Shown here: piece by piece, positions 36,001-48,375 of the stretch
Position numbering within the stretch: position 1 is the first letter of the stretch
How the letters are laid out: every line of letters begins with the position of its first letter
Source: Zootoca vivipara
Lineage: Eukaryota
Assembly (NCBI RefSeq): GCF_963506605.1
Contig: NC_083280.1
Location: forward strand, 35,340,001 to 35,404,000
Length of the DNA: 64,000 nt
Direction: 5' to 3'
Notes under the pieces: generated by a model
Told to the model about the DNA's origin: nothing
Seen by the model: only the letters and a program-made list of their open reading frames with translations
The model's database searches: none
Position numbers and translations under genes: made by a program

Positions 36001-36924
36001 TAATGCTTGTAATCTGAAAGACCAGAAGAGGAAGCCACATGTACAAGTTCTCCCTGGTGCAGAGCCTCTGTATCTTCTCTCGTTTGTCTCGGAGCAACAG
36101 TTTAAAAGGCTAAAAGTAAAAGAAGGCAGCTAGAAGTTCTGTCAGCATCACGTGAACTGAATAGGTAATGGCATCTCAGCACAAGATATGAATCAAAAAG
36201 CAGAGTACCAGTTTTTGTAGCTTATGCAACACATCCCAGGAGGAGAAAGCCATGCATTTATTATGGCATTCCTTGAAGAGATTTTTCTGTTTTTCAAATG
36301 AATGGTCTTGAACAGTTCATTTCACAAAACATTAGCAAAGAGAGATTTTGGAGAAATTCCATCGCTCTGCTTTAAAAATTGCTGCAGCATGGGCTCTGGG
36401 GTTCAGAAACTTTTTTTCCCCCATTTTGGAAGGAAATTAGACAGTTGCAAGCCATGGGAACCAGCAGGTCGGTGGAGGAAACACTTTTAGCACATAAATT
36501 CTAGCACAATGTTGGCAAATTATTATTTATTTATGAATTGACTTTTACATGTATCTCAAGGTGATTTAGATACACACCATGAAAGCAGCCAAAATAACCA
36601 TTAACTGTAAATAACAATTAGCATTATCCTTATTGGCTGAAATGCATATAGTTGGCATCATTCAGGTTTTACCGGTAGTTACAAAATGAATTACATCATT
36701 AGGAGTTGGACACAAATATATTTGCCTATTGGTTAAAATGATTCAATTTTTATAAAAGGTAGAATAGGATTGATTTCTTTCCTTTTATACTCGCTTCAAT
36801 TAGAACACTGGCTGCATTTGGCTGTAACACTAAACCATGGTTTAATGCAGCCTTCCTCAACCTGGTGCCCATCATTCCTGATCACTGGCCATTGCAAGTA
36901 ATAATAATAAATAAATAAAAATAA

Positions 36925-37440
36925 AAATGTGCATCCCACCCCTGAGACCATTCCATTGTAACTATCCAGCCTCCCTAAATTTCAACACCCCTTGCGATGG
37001 TTTGACCCCTTTCCGTTTTAACAGTACAAATTCTACAAATACCCTCCATAATTCCTCAAAACCATTTCTCCTGCATATTCCCCGTCTTACCTTAATAGCA
37101 CATGTTAATTTACCATTAATAGCTATATCCCACACCTTTTTATACCATTCTTCCATTTAATATTCACCTTGCCCCTTCCACTTCCTAGCTATAACAACTT
37201 GTGCATCCGTCAATAAATTTGTGAGCATTTCCTTCGTAGCCTGTGAACCTTCCATCCCATCGTAAATGGATAATAATGCTACCTCTGGACTTTTGGTCAG
37301 CTTTAACCCAGCAATTCCTGTTATCTCCTTAAAAACCCTTTGCAAAAAAATTGTACACATTTACATCCCCACCACATGTGAACGTAAGTCCCAATTTCCT
37401 GGCCTCCCCTCCAACGTAACACCGAGTATTCCTTGTTTGT
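36925..37440 (-). mobile_element. L1-clade ORF2 C-terminal fragment
   Basis: LLTDAQVVIARKWKG...EEWYKKVWDIAINGKLT...FEELWRVFVEF in minus ORFs 36962-37360. Confidence 0.85.
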
Positions 37441-37445
37441 TCAAA

Positions 37446-37969
37446 TCAAATCTTCTTAAGGGCTGTCACATGGAAGATGGTACAAGCTTGTTTTCTCCTG
37501 CTCTGGAGGGTAGAACCAGAACCAGTGGATTCAAGTTACAAGAACGGAGATTCCAACTAAACATCAGGAAGACCTTTCTGATGAAAAGAGCTGTTCAGCA
37601 GTGGGACTAACTCCCTTGGGAGGTTGTGGACAGGGCCGTCTTGAGCAGATCGCGCGCCCTGGTGCTGAGGGGCGGAGATCGCTCCGCCGCCCGCCCCGCC
37701 CTCGCAGGGCGCAATTGGTTTCCGCGCGGCACCCTCCTTGCCAGGCCGGCACCCAGCTTACCAGCCTCCCCGCCGTGGTGCACTGCGCCACCGGGGGGCT
37801 ATGTAGAGCCGGCCCTGGTTGTGGACTCTCCTTCTTTAGAGGTTTTTAAGCAGAGGTTGGATGGCCGTCTTTCCTGGATGCTTCAGTTGAGATTCCTGCA
37901 TTGCAGAGTGTTGGACCCAGTGACCCTCAGAGTCCCTTCCAACTCTACAGTTCTATGATTCCATGATTC
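37446..37969 (+). mobile_element. CR1 LINE 3' end, interrupted by a MITE
   Basis: KGCHMEDGTSLFS...GFKLQERRFQLNIRK and VDSPSLEVFKQRLD. Terminal ttctatgattccatgattc. Confidence 0.9.
37631..37817. mobile_element. GC-rich hAT MITE (CAGGGCCG-type TIR)
   Basis: TIRs cagggccgtc / gccggccctg. Perfect 8-bp TSD gttgtgga (37623-37630 and 37818-37825). Confidence 0.9.
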
Positions 37970-37973
37970 ACTG

Positions 37974-38065
37974 CATAGCTGTCAGGTTTTCCCCTTTCTC
38001 GCAAGGAAGCCTATTCAGCATAAGGGAATTTCCCTTTTAAAAAAAGGGAGAACTTGACAGCTATG
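37974..38065. mobile_element. 92-bp hAT MITE
   Basis: TIRs catagctgtca / tgacagctatg. Perfect 8-bp TSD attcactg (37966-37973 and 38066-38073). Confidence 0.9.
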
Positions 38066-38642
38066 ATTCACTGCTGTGCTAGAGAATGAGATGGTGACCC
38101 TCTTGTGCCATGTGATATGAAACTATGGTTTTTCATTATGTCTAAAACAGGCCAGTGTTTCCTGAAGAACTACCCTCTGAGCCTAATTTATACCCATGGG
38201 GAGGTATCCATAGAGAAACTGTGGAAAAACCTCAGTCATTTCAACCCTGCTGTTAATTATGAACCAGTCCACGTAAGTTCAGTTTCTTGGATACTATAGT
38301 GCAAGTATGTGAACCAATGCAAAAAGCCACCTTTGGAACTAGCCTCATCATTAGGTAAATTGAGACTGCTCGCTCAAGCGGTACATAATGGGAGCAGCCA
38401 AAGTAGCCTTGCCCCTTGCTTCCCAGCCCCATGTCGCTTCATTCGCTCTCACAAAATAATGGCCAGATGCAGCTAAGAAGGCAGCTTCTTAGCCAGTGGG
38501 ATTCTGACTGCTGCACATTGGAGCATGTCAGAGATCACTGAGATTATGTTGGGTAGCCCCACTCCCACACCCCTCTGCTCAGCCTCCATAAATTGGACCA
38601 AAGATGGGGATAGGATTTCTACACTTGCAGATCCTTCCAGGC

Positions 38643-39347
38643 CAGGCATAGGCAAACTTGGTGTCAGGAGTATGGGCAGGAGTCAGGCTCTGGGGCCTGT
38701 AGTGCTCTGCAGGACTGGGGCCTGCCTCAGCTTGTGCTAGAGAAGCAAGGGGTGGCCACTCAGGTGAGGCCACTTGATAACTCACTGCACCTGGTGGCAA
38801 GAGATGGGAGGGATAAAAGCTCAGCATTTTCCTTCAGCTCTTTGCCACAGCAACCCAATCCCTGCCTTGTTGCATCTGGCCTCCTGTTCCTTGATCCTTT
38901 GCCTTGCTCCTTGGACCTATGCCTTGCTCTTCGACCCATGGACCTTCACCTTGCTGACACCTTGCTCCTTGACCCTTGGACCTACGCCTTGCTCCTCGAC
39001 CCTTGGACCTTTGCCTTGCCGACGCCTTTCTCCTTGACCTTCAGACCTTTGCCTTTGTGACACCCTGCTTCCTGACCTTCGGTTCTTCGACCCTGCGATT
39101 TCCTGCTGCTTGACCCACAGCCCCACGCCACCTGGACTCCCGTTCCTGCTTCCACCCTGCCATCTTGCCTCTGGCCCTGGCGTCCTGAGTCAGGACTGCT
39201 ACCTCCTGCCAGCCAGACCATGACACTTGGCCCTCCAGATGTTTTGGGACTACAACTCCCATCATCCCAGAACACCAGTCCTGTGAGCTAGGGATGATTG
39301 CAGTTGTAGTCCCAAAACATCTGGAGGGCTGAGTTTGCCTATGCCTA
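38643..39347. mobile_element. hAT-type MITE interrupted by a solo LTR
   Basis: caggcataggcaaact ... agtttgcctatgccta. TSD ttccaggc (38635-38642 and 39348-39355). Confidence 0.85.
38662..39225 (+). mobile_element. Solo LTR (Gypsy-like), 564 bp
   Basis: TGTCA...TGACA termini and 5-bp TSD cttgg (38657-38661 and 39226-39230). TATA-like gataaaagc and internal ccttgctcctcgacccttggacct tandem repeats. Confidence 0.85.
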
Positions 39348-39439
39348 TTCCAGGCAATTGAGAACTCTGCAAGATGAGGGTTCCCAATTGTTTGGGATGG
39401 TCTACAGGTAACTCCCAACTTCTCAGGGAACGGTCTGAA

Positions 39440-39890
39440 GATGAGGACTGGGGAATGCATTCTATGGCAGACTAGCTTCTCTCCGATGGAGAGCTGAAGG
39501 TGGAAGAGTCACCCCCCCCCTTGTCCACAGAGTGTTCAGAAGCAGAGAGAGACAGAAGCTGAACAGCTTAGAGTTACCCAGTTACGAGATAATGACAAGA
39601 GAACCAGAAGGGAGGAGGCAGCTAATTGAGACGTCACTTCAGAGTTAGAGACCCCCCCCCTCACCACCGACTCGTATCAGAGAGCAAAGGAGTCAGAGGG
39701 AGGGAGGAACCTCACGTTGACGCCTAAAATGCTGCGGAAGCCGGAAGGAGGGTTTAGAGTAGCCAACTGCCCTCCTTGCGCTTGCAACATGATTCTGTAA
39801 TAAAAAGACTATAAATATATCAACTGCTCATTAATTCTAATCTGTGAAGTTACCAAAGGGAGAGGAGGACTCCCCACGCCTGACACACAT
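39440..39890 (+). mobile_element. Possible degraded LTR
   Basis: Purine-rich body, AATAAA near 39800 and a ...cctgacaca end. No clear TSD. Confidence 0.35.
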
Positions 39891-41057
39891 CCAGCTTTAC
39901 ACACTTGGTAAAATTTGTTTTGTTTTTAATTTAAAGGGGGCAGAAAGCGGGTCGGCATCTGGGGGGAAAAGACTTTGGCAGTCCCACCTGCCATTGAACT
40001 CAATGTGTTTGACTATACGCTATTTTGGCTTTGCACGTGATCCCTGGAAAGTAATCCCAGCATAAACTGAGAGTTGCATGTACTTGCAGAGGTTGAGAGC
40101 AGGGGAGGTTCGCACACCCTCCCCACCACCACCACCACCTCATTTGCTCTGTATGGAGCTGAACATGAGAAGGAATTAATTACAAAATTTTAAGAGACAG
40201 GGAACAATCACTGCAATAGGCTTGTTAAAATTATTGTATTCTCTGGAAGCCTGCCCTGAATGACAGAGGTGGTTTATGAAATGCTACAAATCATCATTGT
40301 TCCAACTCCACATGGACTTAATGCAGGTTTAACAACAACAAAATTGGAGCAAAACGAAGTTGGGAGAAGAGGGAAAACAAAGGATGAAGCCGAACTCAAC
40401 AGCTACAAGCAATCTAATATTTCGTAATTTAATTTCACACTCAATAGGAAGTTCAGGAATTGTAGATACGGAAGAGATTGCGTTTTGAAATAGGTGGTGG
40501 CTGGTAGCATAAAGATCTGAAGTTAAAGGAGAAAAACTGCGTTTTATATAGTTTTTCTCGGCTCACTCAGCCAATGACCCATGAAAGTAAAGGCTGGATA
40601 CATCCCTACCTGCACCCTTTCGCCTTGTATCACAATGTTGGGGCTTCTGTGCCGTTTTCATTTCTGCCCAGCGGTACGCAAGGGGGAGAGTTCAAATTAA
40701 ATATCTCACCTTTCAGAAAGTTGGCCCTTTTTCTAAGGGTTTTCCAACCCCCCTCCCTGAGCTTGTATCTCTTTCATGGTCTCGTGATCTCATAAGTTCT
40801 GTGGCTGCCCTGTGACCTTCCAACCTTCAACTACACGATTCCTTTCTAAATTGCTCCGTGTTGAGACATCAATGGGGGAATATCAACTTTATTATAAAAG
40901 ACAGCATTCTCTCCCAAAATGTCAGTCTGCGTGAGTCACTGCACCTGACTGGCAAGCTTTTATAAAACAGGAATAAGGATTTTGAAAAGTACTGCGTCTT
41001 ATTTTACCTACAGTCAAGTTTCTATGTAAAACACACACACACACACATGAAAGAACA

Positions 41058-41115
<58 letters not shown>
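41058..41115. repeat. (TA)n microsatellite
   Basis: Dinucleotide run. Confidence 0.95.
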
Positions 41116-42317
41116 TCTGGCATCCTCTGTAGCAGCGACTGTCATGTTAAACTCTACTTAGCCACGAGGTAGAAACTCTAGCCTTGAGCAAAAATTACAA
41201 GCAATTTAACATTAATGCCATGCTTGAAAGCTACCTTGTAAAGCTGAAGGTAACAATTTGAGATGTGCTAGTAAATTCGACCTACTCTTTTTCTTGGCTT
41301 CCCTGTGTTTCTGTTTTCATAATGCCTGTTCTTGGCAGAAGGGGAATTGGATGTCGACACTTGTTTTAATCTCAAGACTTGGAGGCACGTATCTTTCCGA
41401 CTATTGCAAAATCCACATGTATGGTCCTGCTGGAGACATGTTTTGGAAAGGGAGAGGGGGAACAAGAACAGGGAGGGATAATTATATGACACCTTTTAAG
41501 AGTCTATTAGTTGACCATTACAAACATTTGCATCAGAAAGCAGTTATTGCTCTGTGGGGGGGAAATGGTCTATGGGCACCAGCAAAACGGAAAGTGAATT
41601 CAGGATCAGTAATAAGAGTTAGACAGGGTTGCCCCCTCTGTCTTGCCACCCCTTCACTGAACACAGTTAGACTTCTTGTGTTTCTACCTCTTCTCATGCC
41701 CAGGCCAAATTCCATCATCCCATCATGCCATCTTTATAGATCCAAACCAAAAAGCGACCTAGAAAACGCTAGACCCCTCCCTTATGGCAGGACATCTCTA
41801 AAGTGCAAGTTACGGATGAAAAAAAGTTTCATTGATCTTCCTCTAAATACGAGGCGGTAATTAGAGACAACTTGATGACCACACATTATGGGACAGTGCT
41901 TATTAGAGAAACCCCATGTGTCTTCTCGAAGAATGTCACTTGAAATATGCTAAATAGCATTAGTATTGACTACTAGGCAATGATACTAATAAGGCCGTAC
42001 CATTTGCAACAGTGGTAGTATGACAGACCAAATATGAATGTACTCATCTCAGACTGCACATTTGCACCAGCTAAAGAAAAAAACAAGGCGTGGAAAAGCT
42101 GTTGTGAAAATCTCTCTAACCCTTTTCTCTGTATTTTGCACGACTACAACTTTATGGACTCAGCTACTGTACATTAGTCAAAAAACAGTGCTCTGAATGT
42201 GTTGTACACATGCAACACCAGGTGGTGTTGTAGAGCACAAAACTTTTCTATGCAATTTTACATAGTGTTTTTTTCTTTTGTTGTAACAATTAAATATATG
42301 ACTTATAGCATTTTCCC

Positions 42318-42437
42318 ATTTATTTATTTATACCCCGCCCATCTGGCTGGGTTTCCCCAGCCACTCTGAGTAGCTCCCAACAGAATATTAAACAGAATAA
42401 AACATCAAACATTAAAAAACTTCCCTAAACAGGGCTG
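42318..42437 (-). mobile_element. L2-type LINE 3' end
   Basis: Reverse complement of the 16812-16985 family (ataccccgcccatctggctgggtttccccagccactctg). Confidence 0.75.
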
Positions 42438-42489
42438 TATGTAGATCCACCCTTTATTAAAGTTTTTCTGTCCCTTCTCTCACAAATAG

Positions 42490-42840
42490 GTAAAGGTAAA
42501 GGGACCCCTGACCATTAAGTCTAGTCGTGACCGACTCTGGGGTTGCGGCGCTCATCTCGCATTATTGGCCGAGGGAGCCGGCGTATAGCTTCCAGGTCAT
42601 GTGGCCAGCATGACAAAGCCACTTCTGGCAAACCAGAGCAGCACACGGAAACACCGTTTACCTTCCTGCTGTAGCGGTTCCTATTTATCTACTTGCATTT
42701 TTGACGTGCTTTCAAACTGCTAGGTTGGCAGGAGCTGGGACCAAGCAACGGGAGCTCACCTCATCACAGGGATTCGAACCGCCGACCTTCTGATCAGCAA
42801 GCCCTAGGCTCAGTGGTTTAACCCACAATGCCACCTGGGT
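42490..42840 (-). mobile_element. Sauria SINE with 13-bp TSD
   Basis: (AAAGGT) tail and Sauria body. TSD ctctcacaaatag (42477-42489 and 42841-42853). Confidence 0.93.
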
Positions 42841-43104
42841 CTCTCACAAATAGAGTGGGGCAAATAAATCTAAATCCCTATTGCCTGGACATGTAGCATT
42901 ATACCAACCACACCTGTACAATGTGAATTCTATATGCCACTATGACAGTGTGTGGCATACCACACAGTGCAGCCTGGCTTAGTACATTATAAGCCCCATT
43001 ATTTTGACAGCTCAAGTCAAACAGCAGAGCCACAGATTTATTGAGGACCTTGCAGGATGCAATACAAGACCAGGTGGACTATAATACAGTGCCCTTGAAA
43101 AGAA

Positions 43105-43308
43105 AAGCGTTCCAAACTTTTCATGTTGGTGGCACACTTTTTAGACATGCATCATTTCGCGACACAGTAATTCAGTTTTACTAGCAAACCGGAGGTTAAA
43201 CTAACCCCTCTCCAGCCTTGGGAGGAGCACAGGGAGCTTTGGTGCAACACGCCGATACACTGCAGCCGACACACTAATGTGTCATGACGCACAGTTTCAG
43301 AAGCTCTG
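43105..43308. mobile_element. hAT-type MITE, left end degraded
   Basis: gcgttccaaactttt...gcgacaca ... tgtgtcatgacgcacagtttcagaagctctg. Confidence 0.55.
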
Positions 43309-44886
43309 GGCTATGCCCTTGTCCACCATGGCTTTCGGCCAACAGTAGAACTATTCAGCATCTATTCATATGAAGCTTTGCCTTTGAGAAGCCAGTTGTG
43401 CTAGTGCTATAGCCTGTACCATTGTGCACTGCCATAATTGGAAGCGTTAATATAATTTGCATTGTTATATCTAACAATTTACATGAAATGCTGACAATCT
43501 TGTTTACGTTTCTGCCAGGCAACTGCCAAAGGGGAGCTGTAGACACAACAAAGTGCTTTTTGTTCTTCCTTTTAAAGAAAATAATACCTGAGAAGGTACA
43601 TAATTGTGCAGGTTTGCCGTGTTCAGCGCTGGTTTATTGGCACTTGTTGCTGACATCTCTTGTCAGTAACAGGTAATTTTGCCAGTGTCAACAAAGTTTA
43701 ATAAAGTGTGAAAGTCCATTAGGATGAATCAAAGCCACTTAGAACATCTACTAACAATAATCAAAGCACTTGCTGGAAGCGCGTTTCATCATATGTAACA
43801 GTAAACATTTGACGAGGACCTGGGATAATTGCATTAGTTACCTTGTTGTGGACTGCAGTGTCATAAGCTGGGAGGAAGCCATTGAGTCTCACTTCCCGAG
43901 GCTGCTTAAATCTCATTGACTTTAATGGGATTTAAGCAGCTAAACTACAAACAGGATTGCAACATTACTCTTTAGTGTTCGCCTTATCGAGTAATGCAGA
44001 GATGATGATGTGGCACATGTTTACTCTAAAGTAGGTTGTGCTATATTCGGTGAGGCTAGGAAGAGCGCTTAGGATTGCAAGCTAAATCACGTCAGGAGAT
44101 GTTGGTGATTATGGCGATAATGAAATGGCCAAGTCTGGGAATGAAGGTCCATGTCTGAGTTTGTGTCGGGTGTCAGTGGGGTCTTGAGCTGCAGTTGACA
44201 GCGGTCACGGTCCAACAACTGACCCTTTGCTGAACCGCCATGCAATTTTCACTGGAAGCCTGGCAGACTGAATGCTGTACTTTGAAGGCTGCGGTGCCAA
44301 GCTGCCAGAGCATTCATTTAACTGACTCCAATGTTTAGGGGCAGCCCCTCTTCACCAGGCCCTTAAAGCAGCAGCCCCAGAGATGCTCCCAAGCGTATGC
44401 TTACAAAAGAATGTTTGCAATTGTTCTCTAACAATTGGGATTGGGACCACGAGCCAGAAGGAGGGATTCTTACCCTTTCCCCTATGGCCATGTTCCAACT
44501 GAAAATTGCCACATTACCTGTTTGGACCTGAAGCTGCTATTTGCATGGAATAGCAGCTTCAGGGGCAATTGTTTGACATGGGCTTAAGCGTTAACCCTTG
44601 TACTGCTGTTCCAGTCTAGACTGAGGTGCCTGGCAACTGATTTTGCTAAAAAGAGACAGAGACAAGTTCAGTTGTAAAATCACATTTTAAAAGTGCATGG
44701 GTAGCATAATGTGCAGTTTGACTCGCAGGCTGTGTACACATTATACATTGAAAGTGCATTTGAAGCACATTGCTTCCCTGGGAACGGCACCCTCTCTCAC
44801 ACAGAGCTACAATTCCCAGCACCCTTGAAAAACTATATTTCCCAAGATTCTTTGGGGAAAGCCATGCTGTAAATGCAAGTTGTATA

Positions 44887-45031
44887 CAGATAGCTCAATC
44901 GGTAGAGCATGAGATTCTTGATCTCAGAGTTGTGGGTTCGAGCCCCAGTTTGAGCAAAAGACTCCTGCATCGGCAAGGGCTTGAACAAGATGGCTCTCAG
45001 GGTCACTTCCAACTCTACAATTCTGTGATTC
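44887..45031 (+). mobile_element. tRNA-Lys-derived SINE with CR1 3' tail
   Basis: The head gatagctcaatcggtagagcatgagattcttgatctcagagttgtgggttcgagcccc matches tRNA-Lys(CTT) with A and B boxes. The tail cttccaactctacaattctgtgattc matches the CR1 ends in this window. Confidence 0.85.
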
Positions 45032-47387
45032 ATCTCTGGTGCGAATATGCTGTCTATGCTACAGTCAGATCCAGTCCAAGATGTTTTGCTGTCTGAGGTG
45101 GAACAGCAAATGGCTATATACACACCCTGCCAAGATGTATCAAACTCAAGTCTGGACAAATTATTTCTGACACCCGAAGCAGAAAACCGCACCAGTACTG
45201 CCCCCTGGGAGTAAAAATACAACAATAATAAATGAAATAAACAATTTGCTGCCCTTGCATGACACCCAAAAACAACTGCCTCAGGCAGTTCAATCTAACT
45301 AGCCAATTGGAGACTGACCCTAGTTTCCCTGTTACTTGCTGCCTTGGAAGCTGCCCTGTGTCTGGTTTTGACTACACACCCACCTCTGGCTTCTCTGATC
45401 TTTGTCTGCTGCTCTGAAACTTAACCCCAACTATTTTAGACCATGCATCCATTTCTGGGTACCTGAGTCAAATCCCCTTGGCCCTGGAAGCCAATTACAT
45501 GGAGCCTGCTGAGGCCTGGCACTCAATTTTGGGGAGTCTCTGTATGAGTAGGGCCTTTGGAAGAAGGATGATAGAATGCCTCATCCCTTGTCCTCATCAC
45601 ATTTTGACAATTCGCATTATAAAACCATCTCCCTTGCTATGACTTGTGCTTTAAGGTAGTGATGTGTCTTACTAAACATAGGACTCCTTATTTGAAGGGC
45701 TACATGGCCCAATCCCAGTTTAAAGAGAAAGACACCTAAGAAGGGAATGCAGGGGCCCGGAAGGTGCCTATCAGCAGTTAGCACATGGGCAGTGAGCTGA
45801 TTTGATCGGAGTCTGCCCAGCTGTGGCAAGGCTTATATTCATTTAAAACATCATAATTATTTCTAAATTTACTCTGAGTGGAACTTAGGTGGAATCTATA
45901 CACATATTTTAAAAAGCTGTGAAAATGCTTTTTTGAAAAGCGTTTTGAGAAATATATTGAATTTGCCATAGCTCACTGTCGCCATCTAGTGTCATATTTG
46001 TATATTGCACTTTACAACACACTTAAAATGTTTTATTTGCAGCTGTATAGCTGAGTCTTTGGTTTAGTACCACGCATGTGACTTAAACCAAACTATGGTT
46101 TTGCTATTCCTGCGTGTGATTCAGATTTGTTTGTTCAGTAATTCCCTACCTCAAATCCTTGTTTGATCTAATCATTGTTATCTTGTGAACTGCCCTGAGA
46201 TCTTGTGATGAAGGGCTGTATATAAATCACATAATTTTTTCATCCATATAAATGATGTTTCCTCTCTCTTGGTGGTGTGCTTCCTCTTTTTGAATGTGTT
46301 TAGTTAGCCATCCACCTCTAACTAGGCTATCAAAACCAACACTTTGAAAGCCAAGGTTGAAAACCAGTGGAAAGAAAATGGAATATATTGTTTGATAAGC
46401 AAAAACCCACTTAGATTTTTACAAGTGTTTGGGAATTCCAAACCCCACCCCACCCAATCACACTGAGACTGTTGAAATTCATCTCCAATCATGAATACAT
46501 GACTTGAAAGATTCATTGAAAACAGCAGGCTTTGCTTTTAACTCAGGGTTTTAGAACTGTTGTGTAATGTACCTACATTTTTGTAAGCATTTACCACTGT
46601 GACTGGCTCTTATACCTTGTAAATTAGGAACTGCTTTGAAAATGTAAAAACACTCCTACGCAGTTAATCATGGCTGTCTTTTCCAGATCTCTCAAGTTTG
46701 GTTTCAGAGAAACTGTTCCGTTAAAGATTTGATAGGAGCATTAAGTATATATATTTCCATGGTTGTCCCTTACAACAATATATCCAGTAAACAAAAGAAC
46801 CTGAAGGCTGTTTTTGTTGCTTTGATTATAATTACCATGGTACCATTTGGATAGACTGGAAGTTGGACCCAAGGCTATTTAAACAAACAAACAAACAAAC
46901 AAACAAAGCTATCTCCAGTCCCTTCCCACAGGTTTGTTTAACCCCTGACAGATTTATTGGGGCAAAATCACATTTTATCCTGATAGCCCTGAATGTCCCT
47001 TGGAGGAAAGTGGGATAAAAATTAGATTAAAAAAACAAACGTACCCAAATCACATAGTGAATCAAAAGAATCACATGGCATATACACCAAGTACTGTGGA
47101 TGTAGCCCATATATATGAAAGGTTGGCAGCATTAGAGAGTCAGTGTAATTGCAAACAACAGTACTGCCCTTTGCATCAATGTGGTGCAACATGGTGGTGT
47201 TGAACCTGGTTTGAATGCAACACTAAATGCAATACATTGACTTTACGCGAATGAATCTTGGCTACAGCTTGAAGTAAGTAAAGATAGAGCCAGTCAGGGA
47301 CAACATGGAAAGCCAAACCTTGTGTTATCTCAGCATGATGCGGAAGTAGCAAAGCAGCTATGTCACAGCTGCTTTGCTACTCCTATT

Positions 47388-47843
47388 CAGAGCCGTCTTT
47401 CCCATAGGGCTTAGTCGTGTGTCGTGCCAGGGCACCAGCCTCTCAGGGGCGCCCCAGCAAGGGGGGAGCTGCACAGCTTTGCTGGCAGGCTCCCCTTTCC
47501 TTGCACGCCCGCCAACTGCACCCCGCCAACCATATGGCTGGCGGGTGTGCAGCTTGCCTCCCAAGCCTCCATGGAAGAGAGCGATCCCTGCAGAGGCTTA
47601 GGATGGAAGATGCGCCCTGCCAACAATATTCTCTGCAGGGATTGCTCTCCTCCCGCGGAGGCTTAGGAGGGGCACAACTTCCCTCCCAAGCCTCTGCAGG
47701 GATTGCTCTCCTGCAGTGGCATGGGGGAGAGCTGTGCCCTCCCCCGATGGCTGGCAGTGTGCAGCTTCACCCCATCCATGGTAATTTAGGGGTGCTGGAC
47801 GGATATTTGCACCCTGGCACCGCATCTGCTAAAGACGGCCCTG
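47388..47843. mobile_element. GC-rich non-autonomous hAT element
   Basis: TIRs cagagccgtcttt / aaagacggccctg. TSD ctcctatt / ctcctgtt. Internal repeats of cctcccaagcctc and gcagggattgctctcc. Confidence 0.85.
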
Positions 47844-48261
47844 CTCCTGTTTCATGCTGAGATAAGGGCCCACATAGACACACCTTACTAGTAAACCATC
47901 GTTTGGAATAATGTGACATGCAAACCAAGCTATAGGTTGCACTAAACCACAGCATGTCCTTTTCAGATGTAACAATAAACCATGGTTGGTGTTAAACTGG
48001 AAGTTGATATTTCCAATTTCCTTCTTACAGTCACATCAAAAGTGGAGAGGGGCAGAGTAATGTGCGCTCACATGGCATGAGCAGGTTCACTTAGGTAATG
48101 CTAAACAGTGGTTTGTTTGGTATGACATCTGATCTGGACAACTGAGGGTTGTTGTCATCTGCACTGCATGCTGCGTTTGATAGCAATGAGCGGGTTTTAT
48201 GGGACAAGGAGTGGAAATGTGACACAAACACTATTTTATTTTACATTCTTCCATATGAACC

Positions 48262-48375
48262 AAGGGTAAGGAGCTTCTGGCCCTCCAGATGTTGCTGAAG
48301 TGATGCTATCACCCCTGACCATTAGCTGACAGGAGCTGGACTCCAACATCTGGAGAAGCAGAGAGTCCTCACCCA
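48262..48375. mobile_element. Degraded hAT-type MITE
   Basis: ggccctccagatgttgctg...caacatctggag core. Confidence 0.6.

Noticed and set aside
41258-41860. 200-aa ORF on the + strand
   Set aside because: It has a non-ATG start, no recognisable motif and no convincing splice signals.
44887-44960. Functional tRNA-Lys gene
   Set aside because: The acceptor stem is disrupted and the sequence is fused directly to a CR1 tail, so it is a SINE head.
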